A DNA stretch of 64,000 bases from Epithemia pelagica (GCA_946965045.2 OX337235.1:248001-312000), one strand, 5' to 3'; positions 21,302 to 33,300 are shown, counted from the stretch's first letter. Translations and numbers: made by a program. Notes: generated by a model from the sequence alone, not told the origin.

Positions 21302-23621
21302 CCAGCAACCACACTACCACAACACACGATTGACAAGATTGAAAAAATGGGTGTCCCACCGAAATTTGTGGGGAACCCCGACCCGACTTGACTCGAGTGC
21401 CGTCGCCGGAATCTAACGCATGCGATCGCCGTGGGAGTGTTTCCGGGACGCTGACCAGGTGGTGCACCATAGATATTTGAATGGGACAGTTGGTAGACTT
21501 AATTTTTCAACGATCAAAATTTGGAGGGGAATGAGAGCTGGACTATGCCCGACCTTCCAGCTCGTACAATTTCATAGTACATGATTATTAAAGCTGCTGG
21601 GATCGAAGTATCAAAATTATACACCCCATCTGTATGCTCGCCGAAACTGTCAATCTTTAATTGTTTTGAGGCCGGATCTCGCGAGAGATTGGCACTTCAT
21701 TTATTATGCCCCTGATCGAAAAATTGCAAGCATTTTCCATGAGCCATAGAGGTGGCTCCAGCAACAGCTCATCTCTGCTGGAGCTAGGTAAGCGCTGGAG
21801 ACGTCTCTGCTGGAGCTAGGTGAGCGCCTCCAGCTGGAGAAAAGACTACCCATGCTACCAGGATGAAAATGCTTAGCTAGAAGCTACTCCTAGTGAATCT
21901 ATCTTATGGTGAGAACACATGTTCCCAATTCTCACGTAAAAAATGTAAATCTGTAACGGTGGAAGGGTCCAGTGATGCTTGTTTCGCAGATATGATCAGT
22001 CCTGCAATACTGAATGCCCGTTCAGAAGAGGCAGCAGTCGCAGGCAACGCAAGATATTTTCTTGCTAGGCGCCAAATGTTGGGAAATTCACTTTCTTTCA
22101 TCTTCCACCATGACGCCAAAGGATCCGTGAATCTTGTTGTATCATTGACTTTATATGACAACTTGAGTCCCTTGGATCTACGAAACCTATCCATTTCAAG
22201 ATGGCAGATGGTTTGAAATGGAACATGACCCGCATAGCTCGTCATTTCTTCTCCGTCACTGTCTTCATTTTCCAGGATATTTCCTAGTGTGTCACTAACT
22301 TCAATTTCAGTCTCAGCTTTCTGCTTTTTTCGTAGCGGTGAAGAAGCTGTGGTGCCAGGATCAACACCACCATCATCTGGCTGATTGGTCGTTCTCTTCA
22401 TGTTTTCGCTGTCTTGGTCTTCCGGTCCCCACTCCACCAGCTCCTTCAACAACTCATCCCAAATTTTTGATTGGGTGTCTGTCGAGAGCGTTTTCATTTC
22501 TTTTGTCCTCGGATCCAAGGCGCAGGCCTTAAAAAAGGCTGGATGTAGCCCCATCTGTCGTTTGCGAGAACCACGGACAACGGATCTTGTGAATGACTCC
22601 TGTATGTTCCCGAAATGCTTCACAAACTCTTCTTTCATTTGTTTTGCCAAGTGTATCACATTGCTATTCATATATTCTTCTTCCATTAGGTCATCCAAGT
22701 TCTTTGATATACTCAGTAGGAGAAGTATTGTGATTGAGGAGGTCACGTAGTACTTTCCAGACAACTTCTTCTGCGCCTCTTTGAAGGGCGCGAGAAGAAT
22801 TGTGTTAGAATTCTCACCGTCTATGGTGGTTAGATTCTACATCTCATCGATTCCCCATGTCACATAGCCTCGTGCTATCGCATCATGCCCTCTAGCTTCG
22901 AGCTATGTTTCCTAGCTTCGCGCTATATCGACCTATATTTCTTCGCAAATCATGAAAAGTGAGAATAGATTGACGAACTCACTCTCAAGACTAAACTGGG
23001 TCGTGCGGTATTACAACAGACATAAATTTGGCCGTTGCTCGGACATTATACTAACGCCCTAAGCGTACGCGCCCGAAATCATCGAGCGCGCCCAAGCGAC
23101 ATCCGAGCACTATCGGCATCTATCCGATCCAACGGTCTAAGTATCCCAAGCACGACACACGATCACGCGAGACCATATTTCCATTCCCACAATCTCCAAA
23201 TTGTCAACAAGCTGCGCGCCATGAAAACAACTATGCCAACCCAAAGCAAGAGCTGTTGACCCTGTATATGTTATCCGCCCACATATACATGTCATATACA
23301 TCACATGAATCAACTCCAACTATTCCAAACCTGTTGCCGCCAAGAACCTATGACACATGACCCTTGGCAGGACCGAACATTTCACGTAGACCTATCGTAG
23401 TAATCAACACACAATCTAACAATATCACCATTTATCACATCCTCTTTTGTGTCCCGACTATCCTTCTGATAGACTTCGACTTGCTTGCTTCTCTGACCCT
23501 GAGAAGCTTGTATCGGTTGGTGACCTACCTGATTGTCTGCTCTACCGAGCATCAATGTCCCTACGATTCAGAAAGAATTGTAACAGATTAACAGTCTCAA
23601 AGCTTATTTCCTTGTGGTTTC

Positions 23622-24401
23622 ATGGATACTAACGAGATTATCACTCCTGTACGACAGATCTATCGAGCCAACCTGCATCCCGGGCAGCCCGATACCCTGG
23701 TGCAGCAGGAACTGGTGCCGACGCCGAAGGCAGCCAACACATCGGTCAACATCTCCGTCGACAGTTCCAACAGCAACCCATTCGAGACTCCAACCCAGCC
23801 TCACGCTCCAATCCCTGCGCCGTTGCTTCGGCCCCCGAGTCCGCCTCGTCGGCTCGTCCCTTCTCGATCCCGTCGTACCACCCGGTTGATTGCTGATCAT
23901 ATCAAGTACTTCCGCCAACCAACTTGTTCGACCTTCGATCCCGAGATCATCCGTGGGGAGACCCAGATCGAACGCCAGTTCCAATCGGTGACCCACATCG
24001 TCGACCAAGAAGACATTGACCGTCTGAACGACCAACTTCATCGTTCTCCGAGGCGTCGCCTCATCTTTGCCGCCCTCTCGGGCAACCCCATCCGTACTGT
24101 CCACCTCCGCTTCCTAACCTTCGAGCGCCCAACTGGATACTACAATACCATCCACGTCGTGAACGCGACGACTTGCCCTCTGCCTCCTAACGTTGTACGC
24201 CTAGATAACTACGTTGCCTACATCCACGAGGTCCATACCATCGAGGACCATCGTGCAACTATCTACCCTTTGCGTGCCGAGGTCGAGAACCACCTGGCTG
24301 AAGGTGATTCCCCTTCTTCTGTTGCTTGTGCTGCCCCATCTGAGCCTGGAAGCGACTCTGATTATTCGGAAGAGGGTGAGGATTCGGAGACCGAAGCTTA
24401 A
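23622..24401 (+). CDS. Extra ORF (259 aa) between the 5' LTR and gag of copia element 2, function unknown
   Basis: Intact sense ORF inside the element with a Pro-rich N-terminal half and an acidic tail. No motif recognised. Confidence 0.6.
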   Translation: MDTNEIITPVRQIYRANLHPGQPDTLVQQELVPTPKAANTSVNISVDSSNSNPFETPTQPHAPIPAPLLRPPSPPRRLVPSRSRRTTRLIADHIKYFRQPTCSTFDPEIIRGETQIERQFQSVTHIVDQEDIDRLNDQLHRSPRRRLIFAALSGNPIRTVHLRFLTFERPTGYYNTIHVVNATTCPLPPNVVRLDNYVAYIHEVHTIEDHRATIYPLRAEVENHLAEGDSPSSVACAAPSEPGSDSDYSEEGEDSETEA

Positions 24402-24695
24402 TTACTCATAGTTAACTCCCGTCCTCTCAAAACCTTTCCAAGACTTAAACTCAACGCACATCCGGGTACCTTTGGTCGCACAACACGCCACACATTCCCG
24501 TCAAATCGCGAAAATTCGGCGAAAATTTGTTGAAACTCGGCGAAAATTTGTCGAAATCAACGGAAATTTCCAGGAGTCGCACATCACAACACACATCCGG
24601 GTATCACATACGTGGTACATACGTGGCACACGTGGTACATCCGGGTTCACATCACATCACACATTAAATAAACATCGAACCAACCAAATAACACC

Positions 24696-27600
24696 ATGGA
24701 TCCTCAATCACCCAAGACACCTACGACTCCTAAGGGAGAAGATAACCAAGACAATGTCTCGGACACAGACCTATTCGACCACATCATATTTACTGTCTGC
24801 CAATTCTTCACCAAAGAAAGGGCCGACTACTTAATGAAGTGGATGAAATACCATGGTTTTGAGAACATTACCCATGTTATCTCGTATATGCAAACTAATA
24901 CCGAGGAATCCATGAAGGAACTGACACAATACAAGGTCAACAAACAGACACATGATCTACAAGGCCCCACAAGACAGCAGATCAAGCTCTTGGCTTATTG
25001 GGCCACATACAAGACCAATGAAATTCAAGACGAGCTATCCAATAGCGACTGGATGAACCTAACGAGGAAAGAGTTCAACACTTGGAGGATCAACACAGAT
25101 TTCTCTAAGGGACCACCTAGTCAAGTCCCAGTCTCGCCAATGAAGTCACCGTCATCTGTGAAATCTGTCAGCACAGTTACTGCCGCATCCCAATCTCAAC
25201 AAGACCTTACAGCATTCAGAAAGGGAACTAAGCGCGACGCAACTGCATACGAGGTATTCAAGGATGAACGATACTACGATTCATTCTGGCGTGTATTCAA
25301 GACTACAGCTAAGGCTCAAGGCCTATCCAACGTCCTGAATTTCAAATACACACCACCCCATGATGATGAGTATGCCGAAGAACTTTTTCAAGAGCAACAA
25401 GTATTTCTTTACTCCGTTCTTGTCCGTATCATTCAGACTGACCAAGGTCGAGCCTATGTACGTGAACATGAACATGATGAAGATGCGCGTGCCGTATTGC
25501 AGAAGTTACACTCTTTGCATACCGAATCCGACCTAGCAAAGCGAGAAGTCCTCCGCTTAACCAACTACATTTCCAATCTACGTCTTGACGACACATGGCG
25601 CGGAACAACACGTCAATTTCTTCTACACTTTCAAGAGCAGCTACGTTTGCTAGACAATTTAGTGACATTGTCTGATTGCATCCCTGATCATACCAGGATG
25701 ACCTTCCTCATGCAAGCTGTAGAAAAGGTACCTGATCTCCGCCGAGTCAAGATCTTGGATAATGTGGTGAACACCAAATCCGGTGCAAAATCCCTTTGCT
25801 ATCAATCATACTTCCGTCTCCTTCTAGACGCAGCTTATGACCATGATCAAGCAACCCAGTCATCTGTTCATAGTCGCCGTCGACATGTCAAACAACATGA
25901 ATCACTATATGGCCAAGATACAGATGCTGACATAACCTCACAAGATGATATGGAGTATCATGTCCACAACACCAAAGCGACATCTGAATCTCCATCCTCT
26001 TCGTCCAAGGTTAGTCTACCGCGTGACCTATGGTTCAAACTTTCTGAAGAAGATCGCAAGTTGATCATTGAGTATAACAAGATGATTCAAGCACCTTCAT
26101 CAACAACACCGAGGACAGTGCAAACACATGCCCTCGACATTGATCCGGAACCTGATCCTGACCCCAACCAAGTTGCATCTGATGACGACTCACCTGGCGT
26201 AGTCCCTGAGCATTCAGATGATTCAGATCCGGTTACACAATTTATCAACCAAGCCATGACGACTGATATCAATCACCCGGCAACTGACCTGACTAGTGTT
26301 CTTTCTAACGCCAAGTCCAAGACAAGCAAGAAGGTTACTTTCAAAGCCAACATGCATAAACAAGCAGGACATGTCCCACGCTATCTGTTTTCCAGGAAAT
26401 CTACTTTACCAGGGAATCAATTGATTGACCGTGGTGCTAATGGAGGACTTGCTGGTTCTGACATGCGCATCCTTTCTAAGACTGGCCGTCATATCACTAT
26501 TGTGGGTATTGATAACCATGAACTTACTGGGCTTCCTGTCGTCACATGTGCCGCAAAGTTTGAGACCAATGATGGACCTATTGTCGGCATCTTCAATGAA
26601 TATGCTTATTATGGGAAGGGCTTATCTATCCATGCTCCTGGTCAATTCGAGCATTTCGGACTTGCTGTTGATGAACGATCTGTTAAAGTTGATGGTAAAC
26701 AACGCATCACTACACTTGATGGTCGTGCCATACCCCTTCACATCAAGGATGGGTTAGCCTACATCCACTCCTTGGGTATCCCCAGCGACGATGACATGGA
26801 TACCTTACCTCAGATCATCTTCACGTCACCCGACACATGGGATCCTGGTGTTCTGGACCATTCGTATTCTCCCACACCCTCTGACAATGATCCTGATTGG
26901 AAACACGTCAAGACTGATGGTAGTATGTCGAACCATCCATATGACAACTATGGGGAGTACACTGATCGTGTTGTTTGTAACCTCAATCTCCTTTTGGATC
27001 TCCCATATGATCATGGACCTGACGACGCACCCTTCTTTTCTATCTATGCTGACGCAGAAGGTAATGATCCTACACTTCATGCCTCTGTCCACCGTCGTTA
27101 CCAGGAAGCGTATGACTGGAAGAAGTTCCGTCCATTCTTTGGTTGGCAATCTGAAGATGTTATTGCCGATACGTTCAAGCACACTACACGTAATGGTAGC
27201 ATTACTTTTGACCACGACACCCTCAAGAAACATTTCAAGGCTCGCAATCCGGTCCTTAATATACCTCGACGTCATGAACCCGTTGCTACTGACTCGGTTT
27301 TCTCCGACACCCCTGCTGTTGACCATGGCGGTAAAGTCGCACAAATCTTTGTTGGTCGAGATACTCTGGTTACTGATATCTATGGGATCAAGTCGACCAA
27401 ACAGTTTGTCAATACTCTCCAGGATAACATCCGGTTTCGTGGTGCCATGGAGACCCTTATCAGTGATGGTGGTTCATCTCTCATCTCTCAAAAGGTCAAA
27501 GACATTCTTCGCACTTTGCTTATTGGGGAGTATCGATCTGAACCTTATCATCAACACCAGAATAAGGCTGAAAACCGTTATCAGACCGTTAAACGTATGA

Positions 27601-30383
27601 CCAACGCTCTCATGAATGCCACTGGTTGCCCTGCCAACACCTGGCTTCTTTGCCTTGAGTATGTCTGTGACTTATTGAACCATACGTCATCACCCACCCA
27701 CTCCGGTCGCACTCCTCTTGAGGCTCTCTCCGGTCGCCCACCCGACATTACTCATCTCTTGTTCTTTCCTTTCTGGGATGAGGTTTACTACCGTGTCGAC
27801 CCCGCTGAACCCAATTCCGGTTCATATCCATCTTCTTCTGATGAGAAACTTGGCCACTGGGTTGGTTTTGCTCACAATGTTGGTGATTCTTTTACTTGGA
27901 AAATTCTCACCCAGGATAACCAGATAATCTATCGTTCTGCCGTTCGCCGTGTTGAATCCACTACACCTAACCTACGTGTGGATCGACCTTCAGGGGAGGA
28001 TTCGTCTGAGAAGGATGACAATGATAAGCAAGCTGACACTGTCTTCATTCGCAGTGATAGTGAAGATCCATCCAAACCAATGCCCATGATCGATTTTGAC
28101 GACATGATAGGACGCACATTCCTATGCGACACAGAAGAAAATGGGGAGCGACACCGTGCACGTGTCATCAAACGAGTCATTGATCTTAATGAAGAAGCAA
28201 CGAAACAGGAAGAACGTGTCAAGTACATTTACCGAAAGACAAATTCTGATGTTGATGAGATGATATCCTATAATCAACTCATGGAGTATATCGAACGAGA
28301 TAACCAAGCTCAAACCTCTGGAGATAATCTTTTCAGGTTCAGGGATGTCATTGCCCATCAAGGCCCACTGAACACAACTGATCCAGATTACAAGGGGAGC
28401 AAATATAATTTGCTTGTTGATTGGGAAACTGGGGAGACTACCTATGAACCTTTATCACTCATCGCCAATGATGATCCGATCACTGTAGCAATTTATGGAA
28501 AGAAACATGGTTTACTCAACGAACCTGGATGGAAGCATTTGAAACGTTATGTCAAAACAAGCAAACGTCTCATTCGAGCAGCCAAACAGTCAAGGATTAA
28601 ACAAGTTCACCATTCCGTCAAGTATAAGTTTGGATTTCAAGTACCACGCAATTATGAGGAAGCTGTTGCTCTTGATAAACAACATGGCAACACAAAGTGG
28701 CAGGATGCAACAGAATTAGAATTGTCACAGATCCAGTCCTACAAGACATTCAAGGATTTTGGGAAAGCCATCTTCATTAAAGGGAAAGTATCCAATGCAC
28801 CTGAAGGATATCATAAGATACGTGTGCATCTTGTCTTTGACGTAAAACATGATGGACGACATAAAGCAAGACTTGTCGCAGATGGACATCTCACAAAAGA
28901 ACCTGTTGAGACAATCTATTCAGGTGTTGTTTCCATTCGCAACCTCCGCATTGCCTTATTCCTGGGTACTTTGAATGACTTGGAAATATGGGGAGCAGAT
29001 ATTGGAAATGCATATCTGGAAGCCTTGACAGGGGAGAAAATTTTCATTGTCGCAGGACCTGAATTCAAGGAATTAGAAGGTCACATCCTGATTATATACA
29101 AGGCACTTTATGGATTGAAGTCATCAGGCGCACGCTGGCATGATGTCTTATTCGATGTTTTGACAGACATGGGATTTTCACCAAGCAAAGCAGATCCGGA
29201 TATCTGGATGAGGAAAGCACCTGGAGAAGACTGTTACGAATACATTGCCGTATACGTTGATGACTTAGCCATTATTTCTACTGATCCTGGGAATATCTGC
29301 AAGATCCTGAAGGAGAAATACAACTTCAAACTCAAAGGAGATGGACCTATTGATTTCCATTTGGGATGTTGTTACACCAAGGATTCTGATGGAACATTCG
29401 TAGCAGATCCAAGACGCTACATTGGTAAGATGATGGACACTTTCGAACGAATCTTCAAGGAGAAACCCAAGAAAGCCAAAACACCTCTTATTGGTGGAGA
29501 CCATCCTGAATTGGATGATTCTGAGCTCCTTGATGAAGAAGGTACTAGCCATTTCCAAACTCTGATTGGACAACTCCAATGGGTGATCACTATTGGTCGT
29601 TTCGACGTCTTCACCGCTACAATGACACTATCACGCTTTCGTGCTGCTCCGAGGAAAGGACATCTTGATAGAGCCAAGCGTATCTATGGATACCTTGCAC
29701 ATCTCCCAGAAGGCGCAATCAGATTTAGGATTGGAGAGCCTGATTATTCAAGTCTTCCTACCCAAGAATTTGATTGGACTCGCACTGTCTATTCGAATGC
29801 AAGTGAACGTATTCCTGAAGACTGCCCAACACCTCTTGGCCGCTATGTTACCACAACTCATTATGTTGATGCCAATCTCATGCATGACATAGTCACTGGT
29901 AAATCCGTCACTGCTGTTCTACATTTGTTGAACGGAACACCTATTGACTGGTACAGCAAGAGACAGAGCACGGTGGAAACTGCTACCTATGGATCCGAGT
30001 TTGTGGCTGCAAGGACAGCAATAGATCAGATTACAGAATTACGACATTCTCTCCGCTACCTTGGAGTACCTATCCGAGAGCGAAGTTACTTGTACGGAGA
30101 TAACAGATCTGTTGTGCTCAATGCAACCGTTCCTCACTCCATACTATCCAAGAGACACCATCTTCTGTCATACCACCGAGTTCGTGAAGCCATCGCAGCA
30201 AAGTATGTTGCATTCTACTGGAAAGATGGAAAGACCAACCCTGCCGATATCCTTAGCAAACATTGGGATTTCGTATCTATTTGGCCCATGCTCAAGCCAT
30301 TGTTGTTTTGGAAAGGAGAAGTTCAAGATCTCAACAAATCCAATGATGACAAGGCTGAAACGACGAGTTGTGGGGAGTGTTAG
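24696..30383 (+). CDS. Copia gag-pol polyprotein (1895 aa)
   Basis: Protease LIDRGANGG; integrase core (TDSVFSD...ISDGG...SEPYHQHQNKAE); RT (ADIGNAYL, KALYGLKSSG, YVDD); RNase H (YVDANL, GSEFVAA, GDNRS, NPADILSK). The PR-IN-RT-RH order is copia-type. Confidence 0.97.
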   Translation: MDPQSPKTPTTPKGEDNQDNVSDTDLFDHIIFTVCQFFTKERADYLMKWMKYHGFENITHVISYMQTNTEESMKELTQYKVNKQTHDLQGPTRQQIKLLAYWATYKTNEIQDELSNSDWMNLTRKEFNTWRINTDFSKGPPSQVPVSPMKSPSSVKSVSTVTAASQSQQDLTAFRKGTKRDATAYEVFKDERYYDSFWRVFKTTAKAQGLSNVLNFKYTPPHDDEYAEELFQEQQVFLYSVLVRIIQTDQGRAYVREHEHDEDARAVLQKLHSLHTESDLAKREVLRLTNYISNLRLDDTWRGTTRQFLLHFQEQLRLLDNLVTLSDCIPDHTRMTFLMQAVEKVPDLRRVKILDNVVNTKSGAKSLCYQSYFRLLLDAAYDHDQATQSSVHSRRRHVKQHESLYGQDTDADITSQDDMEYHVHNTKATSESPSSSSKVSLPRDLWFKLSEEDRKLIIEYNKMIQAPSSTTPRTVQTHALDIDPEPDPDPNQVASDDDSPGVVPEHSDDSDPVTQFINQAMTTDINHPATDLTSVLSNAKSKTSKKVTFKANMHKQAGHVPRYLFSRKSTLPGNQLIDRGANGGLAGSDMRILSKTGRHITIVGIDNHELTGLPVVTCAAKFETNDGPIVGIFNEYAYYGKGLSIHAPGQFEHFGLAVDERSVKVDGKQRITTLDGRAIPLHIKDGLAYIHSLGIPSDDDMDTLPQIIFTSPDTWDPGVLDHSYSPTPSDNDPDWKHVKTDGSMSNHPYDNYGEYTDRVVCNLNLLLDLPYDHGPDDAPFFSIYADAEGNDPTLHASVHRRYQEAYDWKKFRPFFGWQSEDVIADTFKHTTRNGSITFDHDTLKKHFKARNPVLNIPRRHEPVATDSVFSDTPAVDHGGKVAQIFVGRDTLVTDIYGIKSTKQFVNTLQDNIRFRGAMETLISDGGSSLISQKVKDILRTLLIGEYRSEPYHQHQNKAENRYQTVKRMTNALMNATGCPANTWLLCLEYVCDLLNHTSSPTHSGRTPLEALSGRPPDITHLLFFPFWDEVYYRVDPAEPNSGSYPSSSDEKLGHWVGFAHNVGDSFTWKILTQDNQIIYRSAVRRVESTTPNLRVDRPSGEDSSEKDDNDKQADTVFIRSDSEDPSKPMPMIDFDDMIGRTFLCDTEENGERHRARVIKRVIDLNEEATKQEERVKYIYRKTNSDVDEMISYNQLMEYIERDNQAQTSGDNLFRFRDVIAHQGPLNTTDPDYKGSKYNLLVDWETGETTYEPLSLIANDDPITVAIYGKKHGLLNEPGWKHLKRYVKTSKRLIRAAKQSRIKQVHHSVKYKFGFQVPRNYEEAVALDKQHGNTKWQDATELELSQIQSYKTFKDFGKAIFIKGKVSNAPEGYHKIRVHLVFDVKHDGRHKARLVADGHLTKEPVETIYSGVVSIRNLRIALFLGTLNDLEIWGADIGNAYLEALTGEKIFIVAGPEFKELEGHILIIYKALYGLKSSGARWHDVLFDVLTDMGFSPSKADPDIWMRKAPGEDCYEYIAVYVDDLAIISTDPGNICKILKEKYNFKLKGDGPIDFHLGCCYTKDSDGTFVADPRRYIGKMMDTFERIFKEKPKKAKTPLIGGDHPELDDSELLDEEGTSHFQTLIGQLQWVITIGRFDVFTATMTLSRFRAAPRKGHLDRAKRIYGYLAHLPEGAIRFRIGEPDYSSLPTQEFDWTRTVYSNASERIPEDCPTPLGRYVTTTHYVDANLMHDIVTGKSVTAVLHLLNGTPIDWYSKRQSTVETATYGSEFVAARTAIDQITELRHSLRYLGVPIRERSYLYGDNRSVVLNATVPHSILSKRHHLLSYHRVREAIAAKYVAFYWKDGKTNPADILSKHWDFVSIWPMLKPLLFWKGEVQDLNKSNDDKAETTSCGEC

Positions 30384-33300
30384 AATTCTCACCGTCTATG
30401 GTGGTTAGATTCTACATCTCATCGATTCCCCATGTCACATAGCCTCGTGCTATCGCATCATGCCCTCTAGCTTCGAGCTATGTTTCCTAGCTTCGCGCTA
30501 TATCGACCTATATTTCTTCGCAAATCATGAAAAGTGAGAATAGATTGACGAACTCACTCTCAAGACTAAACTGGGTCGTGCGGTATTACAACAGACATAA
30601 ATTTGGCCGTTGCTCGGACATTATACTAACGCCCTAAGCGTACGCGCCCGAAATCATCGAGCGCGCCCAAGCGACATCCGAGCACTATCGGCATCTATCC
30701 GATCCAACGGTCTAAGTATCCCAAGCACGACACACGATCACGCGAGACCATATTTCCATTCCCACAATCTCCAAATTGTCAACAAGCTGCGCGCCATGAA
30801 AACAACTATGCCAACCCAAAGCAAGAGCTGTTGACCCTGTATATGTTATCCGCCCACATATACATGTCATATACATCACATGAATCAACTCCAACTATTC
30901 CAAACCTGTTGCCGCCAAGAACCTATGACACATGACCCTTGGCAGGACCGAACATTTCACGTAGACCTATCGTAGTAATCAACACACAATCTAACAATAT
31001 CACCATTTATCACATCCTCTTTTGTGTCCCGACTATCCTTCTGATAGACTTCGACTTGCTTGCTTCTCTGACCCTGAGAAGCTTGTATCGGTTGGTGACC
31101 TACCTGATTGTCTGCTCTACCGAGCATCAATGTCCCTACGATTCAGAAAGAATTGTAACAAATTGTTAGTTGCTGGAGGGCACTGAATTCTTCTTGAGTG
31201 GGCAATGTGGGTGGTTTTTTCTTTCCTGCCCACCGCTTGAGGTTGGACTGTTCATTTAATGAAAAAAACTGGATGAGACTTGGCTTCAGTTTCAAGAGTC
31301 TCTCAATCGAATTCAAAGTAGACCACCAACGGGTCACGACGTCCTGGACGAGAGAGAATGCCTTGGTGTCATCATTCCTGCTCTTTGCAACATTTTTTGC
31401 AATTTCTTCTAGAGTCTCCTGTGCCTGAGACGACCGATTAAAATAGCCAATGAGACCGCGCATTTTTTTTAGAAGGGATACACCATTTTCATCGTCATCG
31501 TCATCGTCGTCAGAATTGTTCTGCATCATGTCGTCTACTGTCCCTAGAGCTTGCCCATTTATCTTGGCATCAAAGGCAATTTTGGCAACTAACTGGACGA
31601 CATGATCAAGGCAGTAGATGTGCTCCATTATGGTTTCATTCTTGTCATTTTCAAGAGACACGCCCATTGCGTTCATGTTGGCCGCAGTGTCCGTTACAAT
31701 AAACGTAGCTGACTTAACAATGCCCCATTTCTGCAGTTGGGATTTCAAGTCGGCCTCCATCCGATCTGCTGTAGTACTTCCACTATAATGATAAACACCG
31801 AGTACCAGATTTTTAAGCACAAAATCCTGTGAAATGTACTGAGCAGTAAGGGTTGCGTAGGTATGACCACGACGACTCGTCCAATGGTCGGTCGTAATAC
31901 TCAATACTTGCCCCTGCAACTCTTTCTTTAGTTTTTGTCGGCCAATCTCTGCCAGAGCGGCTGTCTGTTCTCCAATCCTTTTTCTGCCAAAGGAATAGCA
32001 GGCTCCTTTCATTCCACATTGTGCAACGACATTCAAAAGCTCCCGAAATGACTTGTGATCAAACCTTTGAAGTGGAGTGAATGTCTCAACTCTAAATCTA
32101 ACATGGGCATCGAGTGCTGCCATAGTAAGGTCATCCTTCTCTTTTGCTACATCTTGAGCTGACTTCCTTTTTGCAAAAGGAAGTATGGAATTCTGGTGTG
32201 GTGGCTTTTTCCTTGATCCTGCAGCATTTTGTTGTCATGAGGCATCTTGAATCAGAGCTTTCTGGCTTTTTGAAAGCTTGTCCGTATGTTGTTCTAAGGC
32301 AGCCCGATATAATCCAGAGTGGACGACTGACAGAAGGTGCTTCTCCAATGTGGAATAGTTCCTGCTTTTGATAGTCAATACCTTGCCACAAAGGTTGCAC
32401 ATCGCAACAGATGTTTGCTTCTCTTCTTTTCCCCCCGGACAATTTTGTACTCCACAATGATAAAAATTCCAATAGAAGGCTTTCTTCTCCGAAGAAGGAA
32501 CATATACTTTGTCTGTAGCATTTTTATACTTTTGGGTTACATCAATATCCTCTCCTCGGTATGATACAATGATGGGTGGCCTGTTGTATCCATCCGAGAG
32601 AACCTTCTTTTTCTGCGTGGCCTTCGAAGTGCCATCCATATCAAGCTCTTCCACCTTTGATGAGTCATCATCATCATTGTAATCAGACATTGTGGAAGGC
32701 AGTGTGGAGCAAATGAATGACACAGGGTCAGCAATGACCAGTGCGGAGCAAATGAATGACATGCAACAGGCAGAACAGTCACAGAGAACGGCGACCACAA
32801 TGTAGCGCTGTTTTCTCGCAACAGAAAATCTCTGCTGGAGTTTCTCCAGCGCTGGAGCTCCAGCGCTGGAGCTGCGCGTCCGCTTACCGCTGGAGCCACC
32901 TCTAATGAGCCAACACCCTAAAAGAAAACGCCAAAGTACATTCAGATACGCAGATTCCAATTCGCATCGCAGCTGCCCCTCGTCCGTCAGTCTGTACGTA
33001 TGAGGATAACAATGTAACAAGCCCAACGAGACTCAACGGACGTGGACCTGCTAATTCTTTGGTACTCGCAAACCGGCATCTCCTTATGGCTAACAGTCCC
33101 ACTTTGTTTGGAGTAAGCCCCATTTTTTCGCTCTGGACACAAAAATGAGAATCCAGGACCTTCATCGTTCTGTGGTGCATGATATGGGTGTCTGGTGACG
33201 ATTGTCGGTCCCTTACACTTCTTAATCATTGGCACACACCTCAAACTGGCATCCCAAACCCCAAACTGTTTTTTTTGTAGTTTTGTTAGCTACCATTGGA

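Larger units (their letters stand above)
22803..31160 (+). mobile_element. Ty1/copia (CoDi-like) LTR retrotransposon, intact and recent
   Basis: 783-bp LTRs at 22803-23585 and 30378-31160 (TG...CA, no differences seen by eye), TSD AATTG (22798-22802 and 31161-31165), purine tract TGGGGAG before the 3' LTR. Confidence 0.97.
21904..32690 (-). pseudogene. hAT transposase: BED zinc finger, DDE core, dimerisation domain; split
   Basis: BED finger (YWNFY...CNLC...HL...H), in-frame TGA at 32235, TTDHWTS, CLDH, TRWWS, and the C-terminal LALPATAASSERAFS. The frame QQLTI|LLAPFKEAQ is restored by removing the copia and one TSD copy. Confidence 0.92.
21747..32904 (-). mobile_element. hAT DNA transposon, interrupted by copia element 2
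   Basis: 16-bp TIRs TAGAGGTGGCTCCAGC (21747-21762 and 32889-32904), 8-bp TSD ATGAGCCA (21739-21746 and 32905-32912), and clustered subterminal CTGGAG/CTCCAG repeats. Confidence 0.95.

Noticed and set aside
23035-23591. Short ORFs repeated at 30610-31169
   Set aside because: They recur only because the LTRs are identical; there is no coding evidence.
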